A stretch of DNA of 22,903 nucleotides from NCBI GenBank assembly GCA_963727895.1, contig CAVSHT010000016.1, forward strand, positions 1 to 22,903, read 5' to 3'. The translations under genes and the position numbers were made by a program. Every line of letters starts with the position of its first letter. Position 1 is the first letter of the stretch. The notes beneath the pieces were generated by a model. The model was not told the DNA's origin and searched no databases. It saw only the letters and a list, made by a program, of their open reading frames with translations. This DNA comes from an uncultured Methanosarcinaceae archaeon. GTDB taxonomy: Archaea > Halobacteriota > Methanosarcinia > Methanosarcinales > Methanosarcinaceae. Positions 1-9,245 of this stretch are shown one piece after another.

Positions 1-50
1 AGGTACAATTATAGCCTTGAAGCGTGAGAATAAAATTTTTGCAACAATCA
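1..50 (-). mobile_element. Degenerate IS6-like element end (inverted copy of 2640-2690)
   Basis: Reverse complement ttgttgcaaaaaattttattctcacgcttcaaggctataattgtacct aligns with tgtgttgcaaaaattttcttctcgcactttgaggctataattggtacct at about 2642-2690. Confidence 0.7.
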
Positions 51-126
51 AGCAGAGCATATATGAGAACGAAAGCCGTGAAAAAATGATTTGATCAAGT
101 ATTATAAAAACATAGGAAGAATAAAA

Positions 127-819
127 ATGAAAATTTATTGTGCATCAGATTTTCATATTGGTTTTAATAGTACTAACTATCCAAAGATCCAGGAGTTTTT
201 AGAGCTAGTAAAAGAAGATGCAGACGAATTAGTTTTGTGTGGAGATATTTTCGATTTATGGCGGTGTTCGGTTGACAGAATTTTAAACCGGGACCCCATG
301 AAAACTACTTATGAGACTTTACTATCTACGATCAAGGACATCCCAACTACTATTATCTGGGGAAATCATGACTATAATTTATGGAAAAAAATAGCTTTTC
401 CTGTTAAAGTTACAGATTCTTTTTTTTCAAACAATATCTACTTTTGTCATGGATGGCAGTTTGATATAAGGCAGAAGATAGGACACGTATTCTATGGAAG
501 CATTGTACGTAGCCCGAGATTATGTAAGTCGATATTTAAAGCTCCTTTTGAATTAAAAATTATGGAAATTGAACACAGAAAACACGGTAAAAAGACTCAT
601 GAAAAAGCACAGGAGTTTTTAAAAAAGCAGGGATTTAAGTACATGATTATGGGTCATACACACGTTCCAATAGCAGATGGCAGGCTATTTGATTGTGGAG
701 ACATGATTGATCATTTTACATATGTCGTAATAAAAAACGGGAATCCATCCCTTGAAAAATTAATAGATGATTCAGTAGGGATTTTATGCAAAGAGGATTT
801 TCTTCATTTGCACAGCTAA
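127..819 (+). CDS. Calcineurin-like metallophosphoesterase (LpxH/UDP-2,3-diacylglucosamine hydrolase-like)
   Basis: All five MPP motifs present: SDFH, GDIFD, GNHD, HGW, GHTH. The ATG at 127 (MKIYCASD) is the likely start rather than the TTG at 91. Confidence 0.85.
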   Translation: MKIYCASDFHIGFNSTNYPKIQEFLELVKEDADELVLCGDIFDLWRCSVDRILNRDPMKTTYETLLSTIKDIPTTIIWGNHDYNLWKKIAFPVKVTDSFFSNNIYFCHGWQFDIRQKIGHVFYGSIVRSPRLCKSIFKAPFELKIMEIEHRKHGKKTHEKAQEFLKKQGFKYMIMGHTHVPIADGRLFDCGDMIDHFTYVVIKNGNPSLEKLIDDSVGILCKEDFLHLHS

Positions 820-844
820 AAGCTGCTTTGCTAACGGAATAATC

Positions 845-880
845 GGTTCTGTTGCAAAAAATCTGGCTTTGTTGCAAAAT
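845..880 (+). mobile_element. Two tandem orphan IS6-type terminal inverted repeats
   Basis: ggttctgttgcaaaaaatc at 845 is identical over 19 nt to the terminus of the intact IS6 at 13454. A variant, ggctttgttgcaaaat, follows at 865. Confidence 0.7.
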
Positions 881-1202
881 CAGCATAAATATTACTAGGT
901 ATCCTCTTCAAATTGTATGGGTAAAAGTAAATTTCATGTATTTGCGGAAAATTTAAGAATTTAACCAAGTATGAGAAACAACATCAAACAATGCATTCAA
1001 CTTTACAACTGTATGATAAAATTGTTGCACGTTTTTCGAGTTGGAAAATTCTCCATTGAATTTGAAGAGGATACCAATTAGGAAAGTTAATCAATCTCAT
1101 CACCAGAAAAAATGGTACACAAAGGTAAGAATTATAGTATTAAACTGCGGGAATATTATTTTTGCACTAGAACCTATGAGATTAATAACGGATTGTGCTT
1201 TC

Positions 1203-2240
1203 ATGAAAAACTACACTAAATGGGTAACAAGCTCAATTTTGATCAGTATACTTTCAATAGCAGTCATCCTTATCTTCACTCTTGACACGACAACAATTAA
1301 AGTTGTCAGGGAGATTCGGCCTGGATACATATTAGCTGCGTTTGGTATACACATACTTTCCTTTGTTATTTGGGGTCTACGCATAAGAGCAATGACGTCC
1401 GCACTCGGGCACAAAATAAGTCTTCGAAGATCTTACGAAATCGTGGTCTCAGGCACCTTCATTGCAGCTCTCACTCCGTCTTCCATAGGCGGGGAACCTT
1501 TAAGGATTCTTCTTCTCACGCAAGATAAGATGCCAATTGGACGGGCTAGTGCAGTTATTCTGGGCGAACGCATACTTGATGCTGTACTGATGCTATTAGT
1601 TGTTCCGTTTTCGTTATACCTATTTCGTGGTATGCTGCTAGATACCCGTCTGGATGTAGTGATAGTATTAGGAGAACTCCTTTCAGTCGTCAGTCTTGCT
1701 CTCGTACTCTATGCGTTGCTACGACCTCATTATGTTAAACTTGCCATTAATAATCTAGTGGGGTGGATGATTAAGCATCTGAGTGGTAGAAAAATAGGAG
1801 GCAAACTGTATAGATTCTCTGAGTCAATTGATAGGGAAATTGATGAGTTTCATGAGAGTATACATCTTTTTTCTACAGAAGGACGTGCAGGTTTATTCTA
1901 TGGGATAATATATACGGTTATATATTGGATCGTTGATTTTTCTTCTCTCCCTGTAGTTCTTATGGGCCTCAATCAGCCTCCTTCTGTACTGACATGTTTT
2001 GCAGCACAGGCACTGCTCCTAATAGTTATAGTTGCACCTTTGACCCCGGGGTCAAGTGGGGTAGCGGAATTTGCTGCAACTTATCTATTTTCAGTCTTTA
2101 TGCCGGCAAATATTCTCGGAATTGCAGTGGTAGCATGGAGAGCTTTAACATTTTATACGAACATTTTAGTCGGAGGAATTGTGAGTTTTAAGTTATTAAA
2201 AGATACGAAACTGGTAAAAAAGTATCTAAAATGGTCTTAA
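1203..2240 (+). CDS. UPF0104 / lysylphosphatidylglycerol-synthase TM domain (flippase-like) membrane protein
   Basis: Polytopic hydrophobic protein with TPSSIGGEP, ERILD, TPGSSGVAE and WR motifs typical of LPG_synthase_TM. Likely start is the ATG at 1203 (MKNYTKW). Confidence 0.85.
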   Translation: MKNYTKWVTSSILISILSIAVILIFTLDTTTIKVVREIRPGYILAAFGIHILSFVIWGLRIRAMTSALGHKISLRRSYEIVVSGTFIAALTPSSIGGEPLRILLLTQDKMPIGRASAVILGERILDAVLMLLVVPFSLYLFRGMLLDTRLDVVIVLGELLSVVSLALVLYALLRPHYVKLAINNLVGWMIKHLSGRKIGGKLYRFSESIDREIDEFHESIHLFSTEGRAGLFYGIIYTVIYWIVDFSSLPVVLMGLNQPPSVLTCFAAQALLLIVIVAPLTPGSSGVAEFAATYLFSVFMPANILGIAVVAWRALTFYTNILVGGIVSFKLLKDTKLVKKYLKWS

Positions 2241-2274
2241 GTGAGCTTTGAAGAATATTAGTAGTGATTTGGAA

Positions 2275-2365
2275 AAATGCTGTATTCTTTCAGCCTTTTG
2301 AAATTGGTTTCGATGGTTTTTCAACAAAGCCAAAAAAGTTCAAACCAGAGGATTTTTACAGAGCC
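2275..2365 (-). mobile_element. Orphan IS terminal repeats (GGCTTTGTTGAAAA ending 2331; GGCTCTGTAAAAATCC ending 2365), family uncertain (IS5-like)
   Basis: GGCT(T/C)TGT-type ends on the minus strand resemble repeated Methanosarcina IS ends as I recall them. No transposase is present. Confidence 0.45.
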
Positions 2366-2410
2366 ATAATTTTCATAAGATGTTGCTGATAGTTATTGGT
2401 TTCTGAAATA

Positions 2411-2546
2411 GGCAGTGTGCCGAAAGTTCTGTAAATTCAAAGTCAAATTTTTGTATACTAAACAAAATTTAGTTCTCTTGCTATGGGATTCTCAAACCAC
2501 AAACTTTATAACACTTCTGATTTTACAGAAAAAGTGGCACACTGCC
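2411..2546. mobile_element. 136-bp MITE, IS1-like termini (GGnnnTG)
   Basis: Perfect 11-bp terminal IR ggcagtgtgcc/ggcacactgcc, plus an inner matched ttctgtaaa block. No ORF and no clear TSD. Confidence 0.7.
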
Positions 2547-2638
2547 AAAAAATCCCATTATTCTATTTGGGATATAAAATAAGGCAATGCTTACTTTTTC
2601 CGTAAATACATTTTTCCGATTTTCATGGGTCTTTTTCT

Positions 2639-2936
2639 GGCTGTGTTGCAAAAATTTTCTTCTCGCACTTTGAGGCTATAATTGGTACCTTTATGTACTA
2701 TTTTTCGGGGTTATTTTCAATCTGCTAATAAGACTTTAAAAGGAATTAAAGCTATGAATATGATTAAAAAAGGACGAATCAAGAATCTAAATTACTCTCG
2801 TCTTAGTGAAGCTAAATATATTAATCAATTATTTAAAATAGTTCTATAATATTGATAAATCTTCTTGGATATTTTAACTTTTGTTCATTGTCTGTAGATT
2901 TACTTGCTTATTCTGAGATTCTTTTGCAACAGAACC
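2639..2936 (+). mobile_element. Internally deleted IS6 remnant carrying the transposase 3' end
   Basis: Encodes FQSANKTLKGIKAMNMIKKGRIKNLNYSRLSEAKYINQLFKIVL*, homologous to the C-terminus of the 12684-13388 transposase. Ends are ggctgtgttgcaaaaa (2639) and ttttgcaacagaacc (2936). Confidence 0.85.
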
Positions 2937-3242
2937 AAGAAATATATTATATAAATAACTATAACGAAATATAAGTTTTAAAATCTTTATTTTAATAATT
3001 GGGTATTTTAATGCATTTTTTTATTTATTAAATCTTTAAAAATTATTATTTTTTATATTAATAGTTTTAAAATGGTTATTTAATTAATAATTGGTCTTTT
3101 ATATATTTTTATTTATAAATATGTTTATATTTTAGCCGGTTTATTTTAGGATTGTCAAGCCGATAATCATCAGCGAGATAATTACGAAAATAAAGTAAGG
3201 CTATCCGAACAGCAGATATTTGGAGTGAGGTACATGTTGAAA

Positions 3243-3545
3243 ATGAAAAAGACATTGGGTATTTTGCTGGCATTGTGTTTTGTAGTTTCAGTGACAGCTG
3301 CAGCAGTAAGTGCAGCTCCTAATTTCAATGATAAGAATGGTTACAACAACCATAATGATGGTAAGAATATTTACAACAACCACGGTGGTCAAAATAATTA
3401 TGGCAACCATTATAATCAAAACAAGGGTAAACACTTTAAGCAAGGTTACTGGGGATATAAGCACACAAGGCACAACAAGGATAGATACCACAAATCTTTT
3501 TGGTATAGCAATGACAGATTCTGGTTCCCCAGCTACTGGTACTAA
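3243..3545 (+). CDS. Small secreted Asn/His/Gly/Tyr-rich protein
   Basis: Signal peptide MKKTLGILLALCFVVSVTAAAVSA, upstream ggagtgagg RBS-like motif, internal N-x-x-N-x-Y-x-N-H repeats and an aromatic C-terminus. Confidence 0.85.
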   Translation: MKKTLGILLALCFVVSVTAAAVSAAPNFNDKNGYNNHNDGKNIYNNHGGQNNYGNHYNQNKGKHFKQGYWGYKHTRHNKDRYHKSFWYSNDRFWFPSYWY

Positions 3546-3664
3546 GAGTAAAAACGTATAACCATAGTTGAAAGTTGAATTTAACTAAACGAACATGAAA
3601 TTCTACGAATAACAGGCACAAAATATGAAAATACTTTAAAGCACTTTCATGTCAAATAAATCCT

Positions 3665-3718
3665 AACTGGCTGGTGTTTAAGTGTTTACATTAGCCAGTT
3701 GTGCTGTTTTCTTTTTTC
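3665..3718 (+). terminator. Stem-loop plus T-tract after the secreted protein gene
   Basis: aactggctggtgt pairs with acattagccagtt (with G-U pairs), followed by ttttcttttttc. Confidence 0.55.
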
Positions 3719-3798
3719 AAGATTTGAGCATCAGAGAAGTAATTTTAAGTTCTGGGATAGGCTTAGAATGAAATAGGGGCATTGAAGTTTAAAGGGGA

Positions 3799-3975
3799 AT
3801 GAATATGTTTGATGTCAAATGTGAATACGCTTTAAGATGTTCTGGATACCAAGACAATTCATATATATGTACAAAAGTTTGTGACAAAAGCTACTGTGGG
3901 ATCTATAGAAAGCTTAGAAATGAAGCTTGTATTGTCAGTAACAACAGCAACAAAATGTTTACTATTATTTACTGA
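3799..3975 (+). CDS. Cys-rich microprotein (58 aa), not in ORF track
   Basis: Hand translation gives MNMFDVKCEYALRCSGYQDNSYICTKVCDKSYCGIYRKLRNEACIVSNNSNKMFTIIY*. aaagggga RBS-like motif upstream, with an alternative ATG at 3805. Confidence 0.6.
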   Translation: MNMFDVKCEYALRCSGYQDNSYICTKVCDKSYCGIYRKLRNEACIVSNNSNKMFTIIY

Positions 3976-4292
3976 ATCTAGGTATGTCATTTTATTAGGT
4001 ATATTCTTATTTTTATTATCTTAATGGATATCTGCAGGCTGTGTGAGCAGGCACCTTTTTTCGTTCAACATAAATATATGAACAAAGTTTCTCGAAGAGA
4101 AATACGTGGTTAGTTACAAAAACTATTGAATACATAAATTCTGAGACTTTTTAATATCTTCTGGGATTGCCAAAATTTATCACTAATTTCACTAACAATT
4201 GACTGCAATCAATACAAGACCAGAAAATCATAAAAAGTCTCCAATTCTGAGGCTTTAGACTTGACTCATTGCTGAATTTTGATACTAAATAT

Positions 4293-4320
4293 AATAACAA
4301 ATAAGATATTATTTGTTATT
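4293..4320 (-). terminator. Perfect 12-bp inverted repeat just after the methyltransferase stop
   Basis: aataacaaataa-gata-ttatttgttatt, 8 nt beyond the stop at 4329. Confidence 0.5.
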
Positions 4321-4328
4321 TGTAAAAA

Positions 4329-5075
4329 TTATTTTTTTACAGCCTTTATAAAATATATGGGATGTGCATAGTCGAGTTTATCAAGTAAGTTCCCTTTTTT
4401 CCTGGCAGAACGGCATAGAGCATCCATACTTTCAATATTTATCATATCAAAACCTGCGTCATTTAAGAACCGGGATACCCTGTCAGGTTTTAAACTATAA
4501 AGAGGAAGGTCGTTTTTTATCAGGTCATAATTTTGCTTAAAGGGGTTATGAAAGTTTCTTTCTTTTATGGAGCATATGCCATCCGATGTGGTACGAATCG
4601 ATTTCAAGAATATTCCTGAACTGAACCAGTATCCGTCAATGGTGATAATTATCCCGTTTTTCTTCAACACCCGTTTCCATTCTGAAAGAGCTTTTTGTGG
4701 ATCAGGAAGAGTCCATAAGAGGAACTTACTGGACACTATATCAAATTGCATATCCGAAAACTGCAGATATTCGGTATCTTCCTGGATAAAATTTATGTCA
4801 AGGGATTTCTTCAATGCATTTTTTCTGGCTTTGTCAAGCATCTTCATTGACAGATCAACAGCAGTTACTTGATGTCCCATCTCTGCAAACATTAGAGCAA
4901 GTTGACCTGGTCCTGTACCTACATCGAGTATTTCAAGATGTTCTCTTTTATTCAGTGCTGACGAAAGCATGTTTTTCCAGGCATTACGCTCCTTTTCGGA
5001 TTGTTTCACAATTCCAGTGCTATAAACTTCACTGCGGTAGTCCCAATAATTTCTTATCATTTCTTTTGTTTCCAT
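4329..5075 (-). CDS. Class I SAM-dependent methyltransferase (UbiE-like fold), paralog 1
   Basis: Motifs ILDVGTGPG, AVDLS, FDIVSS and WKRVLK. Intact ORF. Confidence 0.9.
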   Translation of the reverse strand: METKEMIRNYWDYRSEVYSTGIVKQSEKERNAWKNMLSSALNKREHLEILDVGTGPGQLALMFAEMGHQVTAVDLSMKMLDKARKNALKKSLDINFIQEDTEYLQFSDMQFDIVSSKFLLWTLPDPQKALSEWKRVLKKNGIIITIDGYWFSSGIFLKSIRTTSDGICSIKERNFHNPFKQNYDLIKNDLPLYSLKPDRVSRFLNDAGFDMINIESMDALCRSARKKGNLLDKLDYAHPIYFIKAVKK

Positions 5076-5624
5076 AACGTAACTTTCGGAATATATAAAT
5101 TAAGTAACGGGCTCGATTACTTATAATAATAAAATGTGTTTCTTTGAGATTTTACTATTCATTCATTAACATACTATTTTATTAGATTAATATCTAAAAT
5201 ATTATTCCTTTTTGTTACGTATCTTTATTAATGTATTATGAAAAGTTTTATATTAATATACTTATTTTAATACCTATATATTTTTAGATGCAGAAGGATT
5301 TCTAAAGTTTTATAATGGTTTAATTTTATTTGTCTTTTTTGCATAACTATTTTGACATAATTAATACTTAATTTGATTAAATTTGTACTTTATTTGAGAA
5401 ACTTATATTAAAAAGAAATTGAATATGAACGAAAAAATGACATTTGCATGTACAAAAAAGATACCGTAGCAAGTGTAAAATTCTACTTTGCTATAAAATC
5501 AATGTTTTGGAAAATATCTATAATCAGATACTGGATACCCATAGCTCAAAATTGAGCATTGAATTTTTTTGATGTATATTATGTGATTTCACGAGTGGTT
5601 CTAAAAAAAGAGAGTGATTTTAAA

Positions 5625-6556
5625 TTGAACTTCCTCATAATTTCAAATTTGTATGTGGATTTCCCTACAGAAGATGGTTTGGTCAAGGCGGTAAATGGAG
5701 TTGACCTCTCTATCACTGAAGATGAAGTTCTGGGTCTTATAGGGGAATCTGGATGTGGCAAAAGCGTCCTTGGGCTTTCTATCATGAGACCGCTGCAGGA
5801 TGACGTGATTTTTAAAGGAAAAATTCTCTACCGTGGAAAAAATCTATATTCAATTGAAAAAGAGGATATGAGAAAACTACGGGGTAAAGAAATCGGTATG
5901 ATCCTTCAGAACCCAGGAAGTTCTCTTAATCCGGTACTTACCGTAGGCTCTCAGATTGCTGAGTCCTTCATGCTGCACAAGAAGGTAAAAAGCAGCATGG
6001 CTATCGAAATGGCAAAGGAACTTCTGGGACGTGTAAAGATCAAAGAACCCTCTATAAGAATTAAGGAATATCCCCACCAGTACAGTGGAGGAATGAAAGA
6101 AAGAGCAGTAATCGCTATGGGTATTGCCAGTGAACCACGTTTTATTATCGCTGATGAACCAACAAAAGGTCTTGATGTGACTGTAAAAAGGAACATCGTA
6201 AAACTGTTAAACGAGATCTCTGAAAAAAAACAATGCCGATAATCACCCATGACCTTGGGGTGGCAGAGAAATTATGCGACAGGATTGCCGTGATGTATGC
6301 AGGAGAACTAGTCGAAATCGCACCAGCAACCTCAATATTTGAAAGTCAGCTACATCCATATACAAAAGGCTTTTTTAATTCTCTTCCTGCAAGGGGACTA
6401 AAACCTGTAAAAGGTAACAGCCCTTCTTTAATCAATCTTCCTGATGGATGCAGGTTCCATCCACGCTGTACCAATTGCACAGACAGGTGTAGAAAAGAAC
6501 ATCCTCCTATGATCAACAAAGGTAATAGGTTTGTGAGGTGTTTCCTCTATGCTTGA
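5625..6556 (+). CDS. Nickel/oligopeptide ABC transporter ATP-binding protein (DppD/NikD-like), frameshifted at the A8 run 6223-6230
   Basis: Walker A GESGCGKS, signature YSGG, ADEPT, ITHDL and C-terminal GCRFHPRC are spread over two ORFs. Likely TTG start at 5625. Confidence 0.9.
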
Positions 6557-7500
6557 AGTGACCGGTTTAAAAAAAACGTTTACTTCCGGCATTATATCCA
6601 GAAATGTAACCAGAGCAGTAGATGATGTATCCTTTTCTATAGAAAAAGGGGAAACTCTTGGGCTGGTTGGACAAAGTGGGAGTGGAAAATCAACTTTAGG
6701 GCAGTGTATCTTGAGGCTTATTGAGCCAACAGAAGGAAAGATCGTGTTCAATGGCACGGATATTACTGCTCTTGATAACAGAGCTTTAAACAGCATTCGA
6801 CCTTTAATGCAGATGATATTTCAGGACCCTGATTCTTCTCTCGATCCTAAAATGACTATTGGACAGAGCATAGCAGAACCGTTAAAACTTAAAGGGAATA
6901 ACAGGGAAAAAAACTGAAAGTAAGGTTTTTGAGCTTATAAAACAGATGGGGTTAAGTCCTGAACATATCAACCGTTTTCCCCATCAACTAAGCGGAGGTC
7001 AGAATAAAAGGGCAGTTATTGCAAGAGCACTTGCCCTTGAACCTGTTTTTATTGTTGCCGATGAGCCCACTGCCTCCCTTGACATCTCGGTTCAGGCCCA
7101 AATTTTGACTCTTCTAAAAGACCTAAAAGAAGAGTATTCCCTTACCATGCTGTTCATTTCTCATGATCTTGAGTTGATGAAACACATGTGCGAAAGAGTA
7201 GCAGTGATGTACAGAGGAAAGATCCTAGAGATTGGGTATATTGATGATATTTTTCAGTATCCTCTACACCCTTACACAAAATTGCTGCTGAAAGGGGATT
7301 CTGATCCCGAAATCGAGACAATTGAATCTAAGGGGGTCAAGAATCCAATATGCTCGTATTATTTTGAATGTTCTTCAAGATCAAAAGTATGCTTAACAGA
7401 AAAACCTGAGTTGAAGAAAGCTTCAAACCATCAACTTGTGGCATGTCACCATATAATGAAAAACATATCCGGTAACACAATCCAGATGGAGACTAAGTAA
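6549..7500 (+). CDS. Nickel/oligopeptide ABC transporter ATP-binding protein (DppF/NikE-like), frameshifted at about 6905-6945
   Basis: GQSGSGKS, IFQDP, LSGGQ, ADEPT and ISHDL across ORFs 6549-6917 and 6946-7500. Confidence 0.9.
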
Positions 7501-7591
7501 AGCAATTGTGTTTAAACAGTTGTAAGATGGCATTGTTTTCGGACTTTTATTGTGAAAATCTAGGAAAAGGTAAAGTGTAGATCAGGAGTTT

Positions 7592-9193
7592 GTGAACTTG
7601 AGTAAAAAATACAAAATTACAATTTTTGTCATGCTGCTAATCATGGCAACAGTCCTTGGATCTCTATGTATCGATCAGAATAATGATGAAAAAACTGCCA
7701 GTGCCAACCAGACAGACATACAAAGCCAGGGAGACACACTAAGATATGCAACTGCTTTTTATCCTACAGATACTCTTGACCCAACAGTAAAATGGACTGG
7801 CTGGTACATGCGAGAAGCCGGTATCTATGAGACACTTTTCAGTTATGACGAGAATATGAACTTAAAACCCGAACTTGCTACAGGATATGAGAAAATCTCA
7901 GACACTGAATGGAGGATCAACCTTAGAAATGGAGTAAAGTTTCAGGATGGCACTCCCATGAACGCAGATGCTGTGGTATATTCACTCAAAAGGGTGCTTG
8001 ATGATAATAACTCAAGAAAAGGAGAATACGATTTCATTCAATCTATAAGCAAATACTCCGACAACGCAGTGACAATAAAAACAAATTCTACATATGCTCC
8101 TACCATAGCAAGCCTTACGGACCCTATAACTTCAATAGTCAGTCCCAGTGAAAAAGACCTTAATACCACACCAGTAGGGACGGGTCCATTTAAAGTTAAG
8201 AGTTATACTAAGGATGTAGATCTTGTTTTGGAGAAGAACAAGGATTATTGGAACGGTACACCCAAGTTAGACAATGTCACTATCTATTTTGTCAAAGATG
8301 ATATGACCAGACTCTTCAAGCTGGAAAGCAATGAAGTGGATATTGCTGACGGTATTTCTCAATCTGAAGTCGTAGACCTACGCAACGATTCTGACTACAA
8401 CTTATACCATAATTCGACTTTAAGGACAGATTTCCTGTATGTAAATATGAAGAAAGAGCCTCTAAATAATGTAAAAGTTAGACAGGCACTTGACTATGCC
8501 CTTGATCGACAGCAGATTGTGGATACAGCCCTCGAGGGTGTTGGTGGAACTCCGGCAAAGAGCTTTTTCCCTTCCGTCATGAACTGGTCAATAAACAATA
8601 AAATCAATATGGTTACTCGGGACGAACAAAAAGCTAAGAGTCTTCTGAGTGAGGCTGGTTTTAAGGACACTAATGGGGATGGCTGGCTGGAATACAATGG
8701 TAAACCTTTCGAATTGAATATAAAAACCTATACTGGCCGTCCTCAGCTTAAACCTGCTGCCGAGGTAATTGAAACCCAGTTTGAATCAATTGGGATAAAG
8801 ACAAATGTCACGATTCTGGAAAGCGGTGCATTAGAGGATGACATGAACAAAGGAAACTATGATCTTGCTCTCTATGCATGGACAGTAGCTCCTACCGGAG
8901 ATCCAGACGATTTTGTATCAAAGCACTTTGAATCTACAGGAAAAGAAGCACAAAAGACAGGCTACTCCAATGCTCAGGTAGATGAATGGATAAAGGCAGG
9001 TGAGCAGACAATGAACGAAACTCAGAAAAAGGAATATTATGACAAAGTTCAGGAACAGGTGCTTGTAGACTGCCCCGAGATATTCGTATTCTACCAGAAC
9101 TCTATAGTTGGAGCAAACAAGAAAGTAGGAGGGATTAAACAGTTCCCGAATGAGATCTCTTTCCTGACAAAAGACATCTATATCAAAAAATAA
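7592..9193 (+). CDS. Family-5 substrate-binding protein, NikA/DppA/OppA-like
   Basis: N-terminal hydrophobic segment ending in Cys (GSLC), then LDP...IYETLF, GVKFQDGTP, PVGTGPFK, VRQAL, YTGRPQL and APTGDP. Intact 533 aa. Confidence 0.92.
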   Translation: MNLSKKYKITIFVMLLIMATVLGSLCIDQNNDEKTASANQTDIQSQGDTLRYATAFYPTDTLDPTVKWTGWYMREAGIYETLFSYDENMNLKPELATGYEKISDTEWRINLRNGVKFQDGTPMNADAVVYSLKRVLDDNNSRKGEYDFIQSISKYSDNAVTIKTNSTYAPTIASLTDPITSIVSPSEKDLNTTPVGTGPFKVKSYTKDVDLVLEKNKDYWNGTPKLDNVTIYFVKDDMTRLFKLESNEVDIADGISQSEVVDLRNDSDYNLYHNSTLRTDFLYVNMKKEPLNNVKVRQALDYALDRQQIVDTALEGVGGTPAKSFFPSVMNWSINNKINMVTRDEQKAKSLLSEAGFKDTNGDGWLEYNGKPFELNIKTYTGRPQLKPAAEVIETQFESIGIKTNVTILESGALEDDMNKGNYDLALYAWTVAPTGDPDDFVSKHFESTGKEAQKTGYSNAQVDEWIKAGEQTMNETQKKEYYDKVQEQVLVDCPEIFVFYQNSIVGANKKVGGIKQFPNEISFLTKDIYIKK

Positions 9194-9197
9194 ACTC

Positions 9198-9229
9198 AAA
9201 GGGGTCCCGGAGGTTTTCCGGGACCTTTT
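9198..9229 (+). terminator. GC-rich intra-operon hairpin after the SBP gene
   Basis: ggtcccgga (9203-9211) / tccgggacc (9217-9225) forms a perfect 9-bp stem followed by tttt. Confidence 0.7.
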
Positions 9230-9245
9230 AAAGCGGGGAACAAAA

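Noticed and set aside
1041..1202. N-terminal extension of the flippase-like ORF from TTG 1041
   Set aside because: Family-like sequence starts at MKNYTKW (1203), and the extension looks non-coding.
3288..3621. Hydrophobic alternative-frame ORFs over the secreted protein
   Set aside because: Shadow frames of the AAT/AAC-rich repeat.
4024..4113. 29-aa ORF MDICRLCEQ... with a CxxC motif
   Set aside because: Very short, no RBS and no second Cys pair, so expected by chance.
6223..6230. Programmed frameshift or phase variation at the A8 run in the DppD-like gene
   Set aside because: Cannot be distinguished from the many other homopolymer indels in the window.
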